The position numbers were made by a program, and so were the translations under genes. This document shows, piece after piece, positions 9,762-19,712 of a DNA stretch of 64,000 nt; the first letter of the stretch is position 1, and the number at the start of each line of letters is the position of its first letter. The notes beneath the pieces were generated by a model. It saw nothing but the letters and a program-made list of their open reading frames with translations, had not been told where the DNA came from and did no database searches. This DNA comes from Paracoccaceae bacterium (lineage in GTDB: Bacteria; Pseudomonadota; Alphaproteobacteria; Rhodobacterales; Rhodobacteraceae). The stretch is from assembly GCA_947476475.1 (NCBI GenBank), contig CANJQT010000001.1:3570-67569 (forward strand), in the 5' to 3' direction.

Positions 9762-10274
9762 ATGAGTTTCGTGCGCCCCGAGGCGCGCATTCTTCTGAAC
9801 CGCTGGAGCGAGATGGCCCTGGCCTTGTCGGTCGTGCTGGCCGGTCTGTGGCTGATCCGGATGGGCGGGTATTTCCTTGGCCCCGTTGGCGTGGCGCTCT
9901 GTGCGCTGGGTGGCGCCTGGGCGCTTCTGGCCCTGCGGCGGATCCGCTTCCAGCGCCCGGTCAGCGCCCCCGGCGTGGTCGAGGTGGACGAGGGACAGGT
10001 GGGTTATCTCGGTCCAACGTTCGGCGGCTATGTCAGTCTGCGTGAACTGGTCGAGGTGCGGATGATCCGTCTGCATGGTCAGCCGCACTGGCGGCTGAAG
10101 CAGGCGGATGGCCAGACGCTGTTGATCCCCGCCTCTGCCACCGGGGCTGACGGCCTCTTTGACGCCTTCGCCAGCCTGCCGGGCGCCAGTACGGCCGCTT
10201 TCGCCGCCGCCGTGGATCTGCGCGGCGATGCACAGATTGTCTGGCGCCACCCTGCGCGGGTGGCCTTGACTTGA
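9762..10274 (+). CDS. Conserved hypothetical membrane protein upstream of gshA
   Basis: Two TM helices then a beta-rich domain; fills the rsmE-gshA gap with host-like codon usage. Confidence 0.7.
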   Translation: MSFVRPEARILLNRWSEMALALSVVLAGLWLIRMGGYFLGPVGVALCALGGAWALLALRRIRFQRPVSAPGVVEVDEGQVGYLGPTFGGYVSLRELVEVRMIRLHGQPHWRLKQADGQTLLIPASATGADGLFDAFASLPGASTAAFAAAVDLRGDAQIVWRHPARVALT

Positions 10275-10332
10275 CGCGCGCGGGGCGGCACCTGTTGCAT
10301 CCCTGAACGCCCAGTCTAGATCGGAGCCTTGC

Positions 10333-11679
10333 ATGTCGATACCCCAGTCCGGTGGAGGCCCGATCGAACGGTTCGAACAGCTTGCCGAATATATGGAAAG
10401 CGGGTCCAAGCCGAAGCCCGAATGGCGCATCGGCACCGAACATGAAAAGTTCGGCTATCTGACCGATACCCTTGCCCCTGTGCCCTATGACGGCCCCCGC
10501 TCGATTCGCGCGCTGCTGGAGGGGCTGCGCGACCGTTTCGGCTGGACCCCGGTGATGGAGCAGGACCACATCATCGGACTCACCCGCAACGGCGCCAACG
10601 TCAGCCTTGAACCCGGCGGCCAGTTCGAACTGTCCGGCGCGCCGCTGGAAACCCTGCACGAGGTGCGCGCCGAGTTCGATCAGCATATGGCCGAGGTGAA
10701 AGAGGTGGCAGGGCCTTTGGGTATCCGCCACATGGGCCTTGGTGCCGCACCGATCTGGTCGCACGAAGACATGCCCCTGATGCCCAAGGGCCGCTACAAG
10801 CTCATGAACGACTATATGACTCGCGTCGGCACCCACGGTACCCAGATGATGCGCCGGACCTGCACGGTTCAGGTGAACCTCGATTTCGCCTCCGAAGCCG
10901 ACATGGTGAAAAAGCTGCGCGTCTCGCTGGCGCTGCAACCGGTGGCAACCGCGCTCTTCGCGTCATCGCCCTTCTTCGAGGGCAAACCCAATGGCCATAA
11001 GTCCTGGCGCTCGCGCATCTGGCGCGACCTCGATTCCAGCCGCACCGGCATGCTGCCCTTCGCCTTCGACGAAGGTATGGGCTTCCAGCGCTACGTCGAC
11101 TGGGTGCTGGATGTGCCCATGTACTTCGTCTACCGCGATGGCAAATACATCAACGCTTTGGGCCAGTCCTTCCGCGATTTCCTCAAGGGTCAGCTGCCCG
11201 CGTTGCCGGGCGAAAAACCCACGCTTTCAGACTGGGCCGATCACATGACCACCGTCTTCCCCGAAGCACGGGTTAAGAAATACATCGAAATGCGCGGGGC
11301 CGATGTGGGTGACAGCGATCATATCGGTGCCCTTCCGGCCTTCTGGGTCGGGCTCATGTATGACCAGACCGCCCTTGATGCCGCCTGGGATCTGGTCAAG
11401 GGCCTTGACGTTGAAACCCGCGAAGGCCTTCGGGTCGCAGCCTCGGTTTCGGCGCTTCAGGGCGAAGCCGGGGGCGTGAAGCTGGCCGATCTGGCCCGCG
11501 CCGCCGTTGGCCTGTCGCACGCCGGCCTTGCGGCACGCGGTCAGGGCGAAGAACGCCACCTTGCCCCCTTGGTCGAAAGCCTGAAGTCCGGCAAGGTGCA
11601 GGCCGACCGGTGGCTGGAACGCTACAAGGGCGACTGGCAGGGCGACCTTAGGCGCATCTATTCCGAAGCCGCCCTCTGA
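10333..11679 (+). CDS. gshA: Glutamate--cysteine ligase
   Basis: IGTEHEKF, SLEPGGQFELSG, MMRRTCTVQVNLD, FPEARVKKYIEMRGAD. Confidence 0.93.
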   Translation: MSIPQSGGGPIERFEQLAEYMESGSKPKPEWRIGTEHEKFGYLTDTLAPVPYDGPRSIRALLEGLRDRFGWTPVMEQDHIIGLTRNGANVSLEPGGQFELSGAPLETLHEVRAEFDQHMAEVKEVAGPLGIRHMGLGAAPIWSHEDMPLMPKGRYKLMNDYMTRVGTHGTQMMRRTCTVQVNLDFASEADMVKKLRVSLALQPVATALFASSPFFEGKPNGHKSWRSRIWRDLDSSRTGMLPFAFDEGMGFQRYVDWVLDVPMYFVYRDGKYINALGQSFRDFLKGQLPALPGEKPTLSDWADHMTTVFPEARVKKYIEMRGADVGDSDHIGALPAFWVGLMYDQTALDAAWDLVKGLDVETREGLRVAASVSALQGEAGGVKLADLARAAVGLSHAGLAARGQGEERHLAPLVESLKSGKVQADRWLERYKGDWQGDLRRIYSEAAL

Positions 11680-11698
11680 CCCTGCAGCTTGGCCGCGC

Positions 11699-12157
11699 CT
11701 ACCGGCGCGGCACGTATGGAATGCCCGATGGGATCAGGGGTCCGGCATCGCTGATCGGGTCGGGGCCAAAGGCGTTTGGCCCCACATCCCCGCGCCGCAC
11801 CGACCAGTAGAACAGGATGATCCAGCCGATCACCGGGATCAGCGCCAGCAGCCACCACCAGCCTGATCGGCCAACATCGTGCAACCGGCGCACCCAGACG
11901 GCAATCGACGGCAAAAGGACAGCCAGCGAAAACAACCCGTCCAACAGGCCCGGCCCACTGTTTCCCCAACCCATCCCTGCACTTGGTCCCATCATGCCTC
12001 CGCCAAAAACCACGCGGTCAACGATCTGCAAGGCGGCATGCATCAAGAAGGAAAACAGCGCGAACCACCAATATTCTGCCCGCCGCGCCCGCCCCGAAAA
12101 GGTGGCATATTTCGAAAAGACCGTGCGAACCGCTTCGGTAAACCCCATGTCGGCCAT
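11699..12157 (-). CDS. DUF805 family inner-membrane protein
   Basis: FSGRARRAEYWWF and VRRLHDVGRSGWW; C-terminal GPNAFGPDP. Confidence 0.88.
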   Translation of the reverse strand: MADMGFTEAVRTVFSKYATFSGRARRAEYWWFALFSFLMHAALQIVDRVVFGGGMMGPSAGMGWGNSGPGLLDGLFSLAVLLPSIAVWVRRLHDVGRSGWWWLLALIPVIGWIILFYWSVRRGDVGPNAFGPDPISDAGPLIPSGIPYVPRR

Positions 12158-12256
12158 CGTTGTGCTCCGCAGGTTGCAACTCGCGGTTATTCTGTCCCCC
12201 GCTTCGCGCAAAATACAATCGCAATCCTGCGGTTCCGCACTTTCGTTGTGGCACAA

Positions 12257-12303
12257 ATATCCCCGCCGGAGGCCGACCGGGACAAGGGGCCTCGATGGCC
12301 CCG
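12257..12303. repeat. Dispersed palindromic repeat, copy 1 (ATATCCCCGCCGGAGGC-N12-GGGGCCTCGAYGGCCCCG)
   Basis: Matches 15543-15589 with identical 12-nt spacing. Confidence 0.75.
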
Positions 12304-12402
12304 CGGACCGGGGTTTGCGCGCGCACGCGGCATCGTTTCCCGCTATTTCCGCCTGCGGACTGGATAAATCCGGTCGAAAGGCGCATATGGTGGGAAAGAA
12401 CA

Positions 12403-14181
12403 GTGGATGTGGCCAACGTGATCAAACGAATTCTGCCGGGATTGTCGGACTCTGATATCGGGCGTTTGATTTCGGAAAATATGCGGGGGCAGCTCAAGCA
12501 TTACCTGATCGCCATCCTGGCGATGGTGCTTGTCGCGGCGACCACCGCCGCAACGGCCTGGATCATGAAGGACATCGTCGATTCGATGACCAACCCGGAT
12601 GACCGGGTGCGGGTCTTTCTGGTCGCCGGTGCCGTGGCGCTGATCTTTTTTCTTAAGGGAATTGCGACATTCGTGCAGGTCGTGGCGCTGACACGGGCCG
12701 GAAACCGGATCGTAGCCACCCAGCAAAAGAAGCTTTACGCCAAACTTTTGCGCCAGGGCGTGTCCTTCTTCAACCTAACTGAATCATCAGACCTGCTGAT
12801 CCGGGTCACCCAGTCGGCCCAATCGGCGCGCACGATCATCGATATCATCGTGACATCGTTTGTGCGCGACCTGCTGACACTGATCGGCCTGATCGCGGTA
12901 ATGGTCTATCAGCAGCCAACCCTGACGGTGATTTCGCTGATGATCGGGCCGCTGGCCATGTTCGGCGTCCGCCTGATCTTGCGCAAGGTGCGCGCGATCA
13001 TGGCCCAGGAACTCGCTTCGCTGACCGAAATCATCAAGGTTGTGCAGGAAACTTCGGCCGGCATTCTGGTGGTAAAGGCCTTTTCCCTCGAAGAGCGGAT
13101 GGCCGACCGGATGAATTCCGCCGTCGGGCAGGTGGAAAAACGCTCCAATGCCATTGCCCGGCTTGAAGCGGTGACAAGCCCGTTGATGGATACTTTGTCG
13201 GGCGTGGCAATTGCGGCCGTGGTGGCGCTTAGTGCCGTGAATATCTTCAGTGACGCGCCGACCTCGGCGGGGCAGCTGATGTCGTTCGTGACGGCGCTGT
13301 TGATGGCCTATGAACCAGCCAAGCGCCTTTCGCGTATGCGGGTCAGCATCGAATCCAATCTGGTCGGCGTGCGGATGATGTTCGACACGCTCGACCGCAA
13401 GGAAACCATGACCGAGTCGGAAAACCCCGTCGACATCGGCAACGGACCCGGTGAAGTACGTTTTGAAGACGTGGCCTTCGCCTACAGCAACGGCCAGCCG
13501 GTGATCCGCGGGCTCAGCCTGATTTGCGAAGCGGGAAAGACAACTGCCCTCGTCGGCCCCTCGGGTGGCGGCAAATCGACGATCCTCAACCTGATCCTCC
13601 GGCTTTATGACCCGCAGTCCGGCGCGGTCCTGATTGATGGTGTGAAACTAAGCGACAGCAGTTTCAAATCGCTGCGCGACAAGATCTCGTTCGTGGGCCA
13701 GGGAACCTTCCTCTTTTCCGCCAACGTGATCGAAAACATCCGCGTCGGTCGTCCTGACGCAACCGATGACGAGGTGATCAACGCCGCCAAGGCCGCCAAT
13801 GCAAACGAGTTCATCGTGGCTTTGCCGCAGGGCTATCACACCCAGGTCGGTGAAAATGGCGTGTTCCTGTCCGGCGGGCAGAAACAGCGGCTGGCCATCG
13901 CCCGGGCAATCCTGAAGGACAGTCCGATTCTCTTGCTCGACGAGGCCACCAGCGCACTTGATTCCACATCCGAGGCCTTGGTTCAGGATGCAATCCATCA
14001 TCTGACGCGCGGCCGCACGACGATTGTGATCGCACACCGTCTCTCGACAGTGCTCGAGGCGGACAAGATCTGCGTGATCAAGAACGGCGCACTGGTCGAA
14101 GAAGGCAACACGCAGACATTGCTGGAAAAGGACGGCCTCTTCCGCCAGCTTTACGACCAGCAATTCCGCGGCGTGGATTAA
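12403..14181 (+). CDS. MsbA-like ABC exporter (fused TMD and NBD)
   Basis: Six TM segments, Walker A GPSGGGKST, LSGGQKQRLAIARA, LLLDEATSALD. GTG start is inferred. Confidence 0.88.
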   Translation: MDVANVIKRILPGLSDSDIGRLISENMRGQLKHYLIAILAMVLVAATTAATAWIMKDIVDSMTNPDDRVRVFLVAGAVALIFFLKGIATFVQVVALTRAGNRIVATQQKKLYAKLLRQGVSFFNLTESSDLLIRVTQSAQSARTIIDIIVTSFVRDLLTLIGLIAVMVYQQPTLTVISLMIGPLAMFGVRLILRKVRAIMAQELASLTEIIKVVQETSAGILVVKAFSLEERMADRMNSAVGQVEKRSNAIARLEAVTSPLMDTLSGVAIAAVVALSAVNIFSDAPTSAGQLMSFVTALLMAYEPAKRLSRMRVSIESNLVGVRMMFDTLDRKETMTESENPVDIGNGPGEVRFEDVAFAYSNGQPVIRGLSLICEAGKTTALVGPSGGGKSTILNLILRLYDPQSGAVLIDGVKLSDSSFKSLRDKISFVGQGTFLFSANVIENIRVGRPDATDDEVINAAKAANANEFIVALPQGYHTQVGENGVFLSGGQKQRLAIARAILKDSPILLLDEATSALDSTSEALVQDAIHHLTRGRTTIVIAHRLSTVLEADKICVIKNGALVEEGNTQTLLEKDGLFRQLYDQQFRGVD

Positions 14182-14285
14182 GGCCAGCCGCCTGCACGTG
14201 GACGGCGGCCCATCCTGATTGCGCCCCTGTTCCGTTCAGTCGTGAAATCGCTTATAGGAGCGGGCCTTGAAAGTCCGAAGGATCA

Positions 14286-15485
14286 ATGATGACCAACGCG
14301 CAACCCGCAGCACCGCTGGTGCCTGATGTTCACGCCATTCCGCGCAAGATCGCGGCGGATGGCAAGATGAACCTCGTGGGCCTGACCCGCGACGGAATGC
14401 GCGCGGCGCTGATTGCCGCAGGCACCCCCGAGCGTCAGGCGAAGATGCGGGTCGGGCAGGTCTGGCAATGGATCTACCATTGGGGCGTGCGCGATTTTTC
14501 CGCCATGACCAATCTTGCCAAGGACTACCGGCAGCTTCTGGCCGAAAATTTCACCATCACCCTGCCCGAAGTCGTCACCAGACAGATTTCTGCGGACGGA
14601 ACGCGCAAATATCTGGTGCGTATCGCCGGCGGGCACGAAGTCGAGGTTGTCTATATTCCCGAAGACTCCCGCGGGACTCTGTGCATCTCCAGCCAGGTTG
14701 GCTGCACCCTGACCTGTTCGTTCTGCCATACCGGCACCCAAAAGCTGGTCCGCAACCTTACGGCGGCGGAAATCGTCGGTCAGGTGATGCTGGCGCGCGA
14801 CGATCTGGGCGAATGGCCGGTGCAGGGCGCCCCCAAGGACGAGACGCGCCTGATTTCGAACGTCGTGCTGATGGGCATGGGCGAGCCGCTTTACAACTTC
14901 GACAATGTCCGCGACGCAATGAAGATCGTGATGGACAATGAGGGCATTGCGCTTGGCCGCCGCCGGATCACGCTGTCCACCTCCGGCGTCGTGCCTGAAA
15001 TCGCCCGTACAGCGACCGAAATCGGCTGTTTGCTGGCGGTGTCGTTCCACGCGACGACCGATGCGGTGCGCGACCAGTTGGTGCCGATCAACAAGAAGTG
15101 GAACATCGCCACCCTGCTGGACGCCTTGCGTGCCTATCCGGGCCTGTCGAATTCCGAACGCATCACCTTCGAATATGTGATGCTCGAAGGGGTGAACGAC
15201 AGCAAGGAGGACGCTTACCGTCTGGTCGAACTCCTGCGCGGCATTCCGGCCAAGGTGAACCTGATCCCCTTCAACGAATGGCCTGGAGCGCCTTACAAGC
15301 GCTCTTCCGGCAACCGGATACATACATTTGCAGACATCATCCACAATGCGGGCTACGCCAGCCCGATCCGCACCCCACGCGGCGAAGACATCATGGCCGC
15401 ATGCGGGCAACTGAAGTCGGCCACCGAACGGGCCCGCAAAAGCCGCGCAGAAATTGCCGCCGAAGCGGGACTCGGCAAGGTGTGA
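14286..15485 (+). CDS. rlmN: Dual-specificity 23S rRNA/tRNA m2A methyltransferase (radical SAM)
   Basis: [36 protein letters not shown]. Confidence 0.95.
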   Translation: MMTNAQPAAPLVPDVHAIPRKIAADGKMNLVGLTRDGMRAALIAAGTPERQAKMRVGQVWQWIYHWGVRDFSAMTNLAKDYRQLLAENFTITLPEVVTRQISADGTRKYLVRIAGGHEVEVVYIPEDSRGTLCISSQVGCTLTCSFCHTGTQKLVRNLTAAEIVGQVMLARDDLGEWPVQGAPKDETRLISNVVLMGMGEPLYNFDNVRDAMKIVMDNEGIALGRRRITLSTSGVVPEIARTATEIGCLLAVSFHATTDAVRDQLVPINKKWNIATLLDALRAYPGLSNSERITFEYVMLEGVNDSKEDAYRLVELLRGIPAKVNLIPFNEWPGAPYKRSSGNRIHTFADIIHNAGYASPIRTPRGEDIMAACGQLKSATERARKSRAEIAAEAGLGKV

Positions 15486-15489
15486 GCCA

Positions 15490-15600
15490 CTATAAGGGGG
15501 GCTATAAGGGGGGCTCTGCCCCGGTCCCGGATAACGTCCGGGATATCCCCGCCGGAGGCAAACCGCCTGTCGGGGCCTCGACGGCCCCGGTGCGCGGGGC
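15490..15600. repeat. Multi-hairpin intergenic element holding repeat copy 2 (15543-15589), preceded by an exact 12-bp tandem duplication CTATAAGGGGGG
   Basis: Hairpins GGGGC-TCT-GCCCC, CCCGGA-TAACG-TCCGGG and GGGGCC-TCGAC-GGCCCC between convergent rlmN and gltX. Confidence 0.7.
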
Positions 15601-15605
15601 CTGTT

Positions 15606-16928
15606 TCAGGATTTTGCGCGGACCTTTTGCAGCAAGGGCATCAGTTCGGCCATTTCCGGGCCGCTCGACTGGCCGGTCAGCGCATGGCGCAGCGGCATGA
15701 ACAGCGCCTTGCCCTTGCGCCCCGTCGCCTCTTTGACTTTCGCGGTCCACTCGGCCCAGGTCGTGTCGGAATAGGGCGGGGCTGGCAGCATCGCCATGGC
15801 TTCCGCCACAAAGGCGCGGTCTTCTTCGGCGATCAGCGGCTCGGCCCCGTCGCGGCAAAGCACCCACCAGGGGCCAAGATCATCCAGCGTGGTGATGTTC
15901 TTCGACGCCACCGCCCAGAACCGTTCCGCCATGCCGTCAGGCACGCCCAAGGCCGCGATCCGCTCCTTCACCGCCGCGAAAGGCAGGCGCTGGTTGCGTT
16001 CGCGGGTCAGGGGCCACAGGTCTTCGGCATCGAACTTGGTGGGGGCGGCGCCGAACTGCGACAGATCGAACCCGTCGGCGATCTCGTCAAGCGACAAGCG
16101 CAGTTCGACCGGCTGGGACGAACCCAGCCGCGCCATCAGGCTCAGAAGCGCCTCCTTGGCGACGCCCGCCGTGCGCAGGTCGCGCAACGACAAGGTGCCA
16201 AGCCGTTTCGACAGGCCTTCGCCCTGTGCGCCGGTCAGAAGCGAATGATGCGCAAAGGCGGGCGGGGTGCCGCCCATCGCCTGCATGATCTGGATCTGTG
16301 TCGCGGTATTGGTCACATGGTCGGCCCCGCGCACGATATGGGTCACCGCCATGTCCACGTCATCAACCGACGAGGCGAACGTATAAAGGATCTGGCCATC
16401 AGCCCGGATCAGCACCGGGTCGGACACCGACGCGGTGTCAATCGACACATCGCCCAGAATCCCATCGTTCCACTCGGTACGCTTCTGATCCAGCTGAAAG
16501 CGCCAGTAGCCTTCACGCTCTGCCCGCAGCGCATCCTTTTCCGCCGCAGTCAGCTTCAGCCCGGCGCGGTCATATACCGGCGGGCGGCCCATGTTCAGCA
16601 ACTTCTTGCGCTTGAGGTCCAGTTCGGTGGGCGATTCAAACACTTCGTACAGATGGCCGTCCTTGCGCAACGCCTCTGCGGCCTCGCGGTAGCGGTCGAT
16701 CCGCAGCGACTGCTTTTCGATCCGGTCCCAGGTCAGGCCCAGCCATTCCAGATCTTCCATGATCCCGTCGGCATATTCCTGTTTCGACCGTTCCTGGTCG
16801 GTATCATCCAGGCGCAGGATGAAGGTGCCGCCGGTCTTTTTGGCGATCAGATAGTTCATCAGCGCGGTGCGCAGGTTGCCCACGTGGATATATCCGGTGG
16901 GCGAGGGGGCAAAACGACAGACGGTCAT
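15606..16928 (-). CDS. gltX: Glutamate--tRNA ligase
   Basis: RFAPSPTGYIHVGN (HIGH motif), LRLDDTD, HIVRGADH, GLSKR (KMSKS-like). Confidence 0.93.
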   Translation of the reverse strand: MTVCRFAPSPTGYIHVGNLRTALMNYLIAKKTGGTFILRLDDTDQERSKQEYADGIMEDLEWLGLTWDRIEKQSLRIDRYREAAEALRKDGHLYEVFESPTELDLKRKKLLNMGRPPVYDRAGLKLTAAEKDALRAEREGYWRFQLDQKRTEWNDGILGDVSIDTASVSDPVLIRADGQILYTFASSVDDVDMAVTHIVRGADHVTNTATQIQIMQAMGGTPPAFAHHSLLTGAQGEGLSKRLGTLSLRDLRTAGVAKEALLSLMARLGSSQPVELRLSLDEIADGFDLSQFGAAPTKFDAEDLWPLTRERNQRLPFAAVKERIAALGVPDGMAERFWAVASKNITTLDDLGPWWVLCRDGAEPLIAEEDRAFVAEAMAMLPAPPYSDTTWAEWTAKVKEATGRKGKALFMPLRHALTGQSSGPEMAELMPLLQKVRAKS

Positions 16929-17004
16929 GGCGAAACTCCTGTTGGCCCCCTCTTTCACAGGGCGCGCATTTTGTCCATATGAGGCACTTGGACAGGAGCA
17001 TCAG

Positions 17005-17412
17005 ATGAATGACTGGCTGGGGCGCGCCGCGCCCGACCTTGAGGCGATCGAGATGCTGGCGCGCGCCACGCTGAACGACCTGCCCGCCCCCTTCGCCGAA
17101 GTGGGGCAAGGCATCCTGTTGCGCATCGCTGATTTCGCGCCCGAAGATCTCCTCGAGGATATGGGGGTTGATGATCCGTTCGAACTGACCGGCCTTTACG
17201 ATGGCATCCCGATGACCGAAAAATCCGTGATGGATGTGGTGGACCGCCCCGACACCATCTGGCTGTTCCGCCGCCCGATCCTTGATGAATGGTCCGAACG
17301 CGGCGACGTCACGCTGGGCCAGCTGGTCGGCCATGTGATGATTCACGAACTGGCCCACCACTTCGGCTGGACCGACGAACAGATCGCCGAAATCGACCGC
17401 TGGTGGGAATGA
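17005..17412 (+). CDS. Zincin-like metallopeptidase family protein (DUF1025 type)
   Basis: LTGLYDG, IWLFRRPIL, HELAHHFG (HExxH). Confidence 0.85.
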   Translation: MNDWLGRAAPDLEAIEMLARATLNDLPAPFAEVGQGILLRIADFAPEDLLEDMGVDDPFELTGLYDGIPMTEKSVMDVVDRPDTIWLFRRPILDEWSERGDVTLGQLVGHVMIHELAHHFGWTDEQIAEIDRWWE

Positions 17413-17445
17413 CGGGTCTGTGAAGTCCGGCCCGTCCGCAGGCGC

Positions 17446-17829
17446 TCAGCCGTTGTGATAGACCGCGATCTTGTTGCCGGTCGGGTCGCGTAGATAGGCG
17501 GCATACCAGTTCGGACCATAGGCCTTGCGTGGGCCGGGCGCACCTTCGTCGGTGGCGCCATGCGCCAGCGCAGTCATGTAGAACGCATCCACTTCGGCAG
17601 GCGAACGGGCGGGGAAAGACACCATCGTTCCGTTACCGGCTGTCGCCGCCTCGCCGTTGAAGGGGCTGACGATCCAGCAGACGAACCCTTCGCCGGTGCC
17701 GCCCGCCGAATAGGCCCGCCAGTCGTCAAAATCTGCATGGCCTGCCCAGCCGATGGTGGCCAGAACGGCGTCATAGAACGTGCGCGCCTTGCTGGTATCC
17801 TTTGCGCCAAGGGTGACGTAGGGTGACAT
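17446..17829 (-). CDS. VOC/glyoxalase family protein
   Basis: FYDAVLATIG, GNGTMVSF, DEGAPGPR, AYLRDPTGNKI. Confidence 0.88.
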   Translation of the reverse strand: MSPYVTLGAKDTSKARTFYDAVLATIGWAGHADFDDWRAYSAGGTGEGFVCWIVSPFNGEAATAGNGTMVSFPARSPAEVDAFYMTALAHGATDEGAPGPRKAYGPNWYAAYLRDPTGNKIAVYHNG

Positions 17830-17866
17830 GCCATGGTCCTTGCAGGGTTGATACGGTGACGGGCCT

Positions 17867-19531
17867 CTAAGTCTGTCCTTCATCGCGCCAGCGGTTGACG
17901 ATCGGATAGCGACGGTCAAGCCAGAAGGCCTTTCTCGTCAGGCGGATACCCGGGGCGGATTGGTACCGCTTCCATTCGGCCCCATACAGCAGCCCTTCTA
18001 CCTTCTTCACCGTGGCGCGGTCAAAGCATGCAGCCACGATTTCTGCCACTGATTGCTCTCCCTCGACCAGCCGTTCCAGAATCGCGTCCAGCACCGGATA
18101 GGGGGGCAGGCTATCTTCGTCTTTCTGATCGGCGCGCAGTTCGGCTGACGGTGGTTTGTCGATCACCCGCGGCGGAATTACCACGCCTTTCGGGCCTTTC
18201 ATCCAGTCGCGGTGGTGGTCGTTGCGCCAGCGGCAGGTGGTGAAGACGCGGGTCTTGTAAAGATCTTTCAACGGGTTATAGCCACCCGCCATGTCGCCAT
18301 AGATCGTGGCATAACCCACCGCCATTTCCGACTTGTTGCCGGTGGTCAGAAGCATTTCTCCGAACTTGTTTGACAGGGCCATCAGCAGCAGGCCACGCAG
18401 GCGCGACTGGATGTTTTCTTCGGCAATGCCCGGCTTTTGCCCGGCAAACAGCGGCTGCAACGCCGCCTCGACCGCATCGCGGGGGCCTTCGATCGGAACG
18501 GTGTCCAGACGGCAACCCAGGGCGCGTGCCACCGCTGCGGCATCTTCCAGCGAGTGGCCAGAGGTATATTCCGACGGCAACATCACGCAGCGCACGTTTT
18601 CGGGGCCAAGCGCATCGGCCGCAACCGCAGCCACCAGCGCCGAATCAATCCCGCCCGACAGACCCAGCAGCACTTTGGTCAGCCCGCTTTTCCCGACATA
18701 ATCGCGCAAGGATTCAACCATCGCGCGGTAATCCTGTTCCCATTCGTCGGGCAGCGGCTCAAGATCGGTGCGTACCGCACGCCAGCCTTGCGGGCCGCAG
18801 ATGAAATCCACATGGCGGATGCATTCGTCAAAGGCCGGCATTTGCGCGGCCAGTTCGATCCCGGGATTCAACACGAAACTGGCCCCGTCAAAGATCTGGT
18901 CATCCTGCGCCCCGACCATGTTCAGATAGACCAGCGGCAGCTTCGTCTCGATCACCCGGGACACCATCAGGGCCACGCGCCGGTCGTATTTGCTGCGGTA
19001 ATAGGGCGAACCGTTGGGAACCAGCAGAATCTCGGCTCCGGTTTCGGCCAGAGTTTCGGCCACATCCTCATGCCAAGCATCCTCGCACAGCGGCGAGCCG
19101 ATACGCACCGGCCCGATCCGGTAAGGACCGGACACGTCGCCCGGCGTAAACTGACGCACCTCGTCGAACACCGTGTCATTCGGCAGATGGTGCTTCAGAA
19201 CCCGTGCGACGATCTTGCCCTGCTCCATCACCCAGTAGGCGTTGTAAAGATGGTGGCCGTCCCACCATGGCCCGCCAATCCCCAGTGCCGGCCCATCTGC
19301 GCAGTCCTGCGCCAGCTGTTCCAGCGCGGCCATGGCTTCACGCCAGAAGGCCGGCTTCATGATCAGATCGCGGGTCTGATAGCCGGTGACGAACATTTCA
19401 GTCAGCGCCACCATGTCCGCCCCGGCATCGCGGCCTGCCTGCCATGCGGCGCGGGCCTTGGCGGCGTTGGCGGCAATCGCCCCCACCGTCGGGTTCATCT
19501 GCGCAAGGGTCAGGCGAAAGTTTTTGGTCAT
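17867..19531 (-). CDS. nadE: Glutamine-dependent NAD+ synthetase
   Basis: Nitrilase domain with E-K-C triad (TEMF, KHHLPN, LCED) plus GLSGGIDS, ENIQSRLRG and TTGNKSE. Confidence 0.95.
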   Translation of the reverse strand: MTKNFRLTLAQMNPTVGAIAANAAKARAAWQAGRDAGADMVALTEMFVTGYQTRDLIMKPAFWREAMAALEQLAQDCADGPALGIGGPWWDGHHLYNAYWVMEQGKIVARVLKHHLPNDTVFDEVRQFTPGDVSGPYRIGPVRIGSPLCEDAWHEDVAETLAETGAEILLVPNGSPYYRSKYDRRVALMVSRVIETKLPLVYLNMVGAQDDQIFDGASFVLNPGIELAAQMPAFDECIRHVDFICGPQGWRAVRTDLEPLPDEWEQDYRAMVESLRDYVGKSGLTKVLLGLSGGIDSALVAAVAADALGPENVRCVMLPSEYTSGHSLEDAAAVARALGCRLDTVPIEGPRDAVEAALQPLFAGQKPGIAEENIQSRLRGLLLMALSNKFGEMLLTTGNKSEMAVGYATIYGDMAGGYNPLKDLYKTRVFTTCRWRNDHHRDWMKGPKGVVIPPRVIDKPPSAELRADQKDEDSLPPYPVLDAILERLVEGEQSVAEIVAACFDRATVKKVEGLLYGAEWKRYQSAPGIRLTRKAFWLDRRYPIVNRWRDEGQT

Positions 19532-19712
19532 GTTCATCCCCGGTCTTGTGCCATTCTTATCAGACTGGCGGCCAAGGAAAAGGCTTGCGGCGGCGATGCG
19601 TGCATCGGCGGTAGCCGGCCGGGCGGCTGCGCGGCCGCCAGAGGCGCTTGTCAGCGCGGGCGCGGGGCGGCATAAGTTTTTGCGGTCGCAGGTCGCGGCC
19701 AGGAGGACGGTC

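Noticed and set aside
15627-16982. 451-aa + strand ORF, and similar long ORFs at 18437..19675, 19560..21029, 35114..36850, 36865..38217, 38245..39312 and 53791..54981
   Set aside because: Antisense shadows of real high-GC genes (gltX, nadE, MORN, gcvT/H/P, flgF/fliQ); no motifs of their own.
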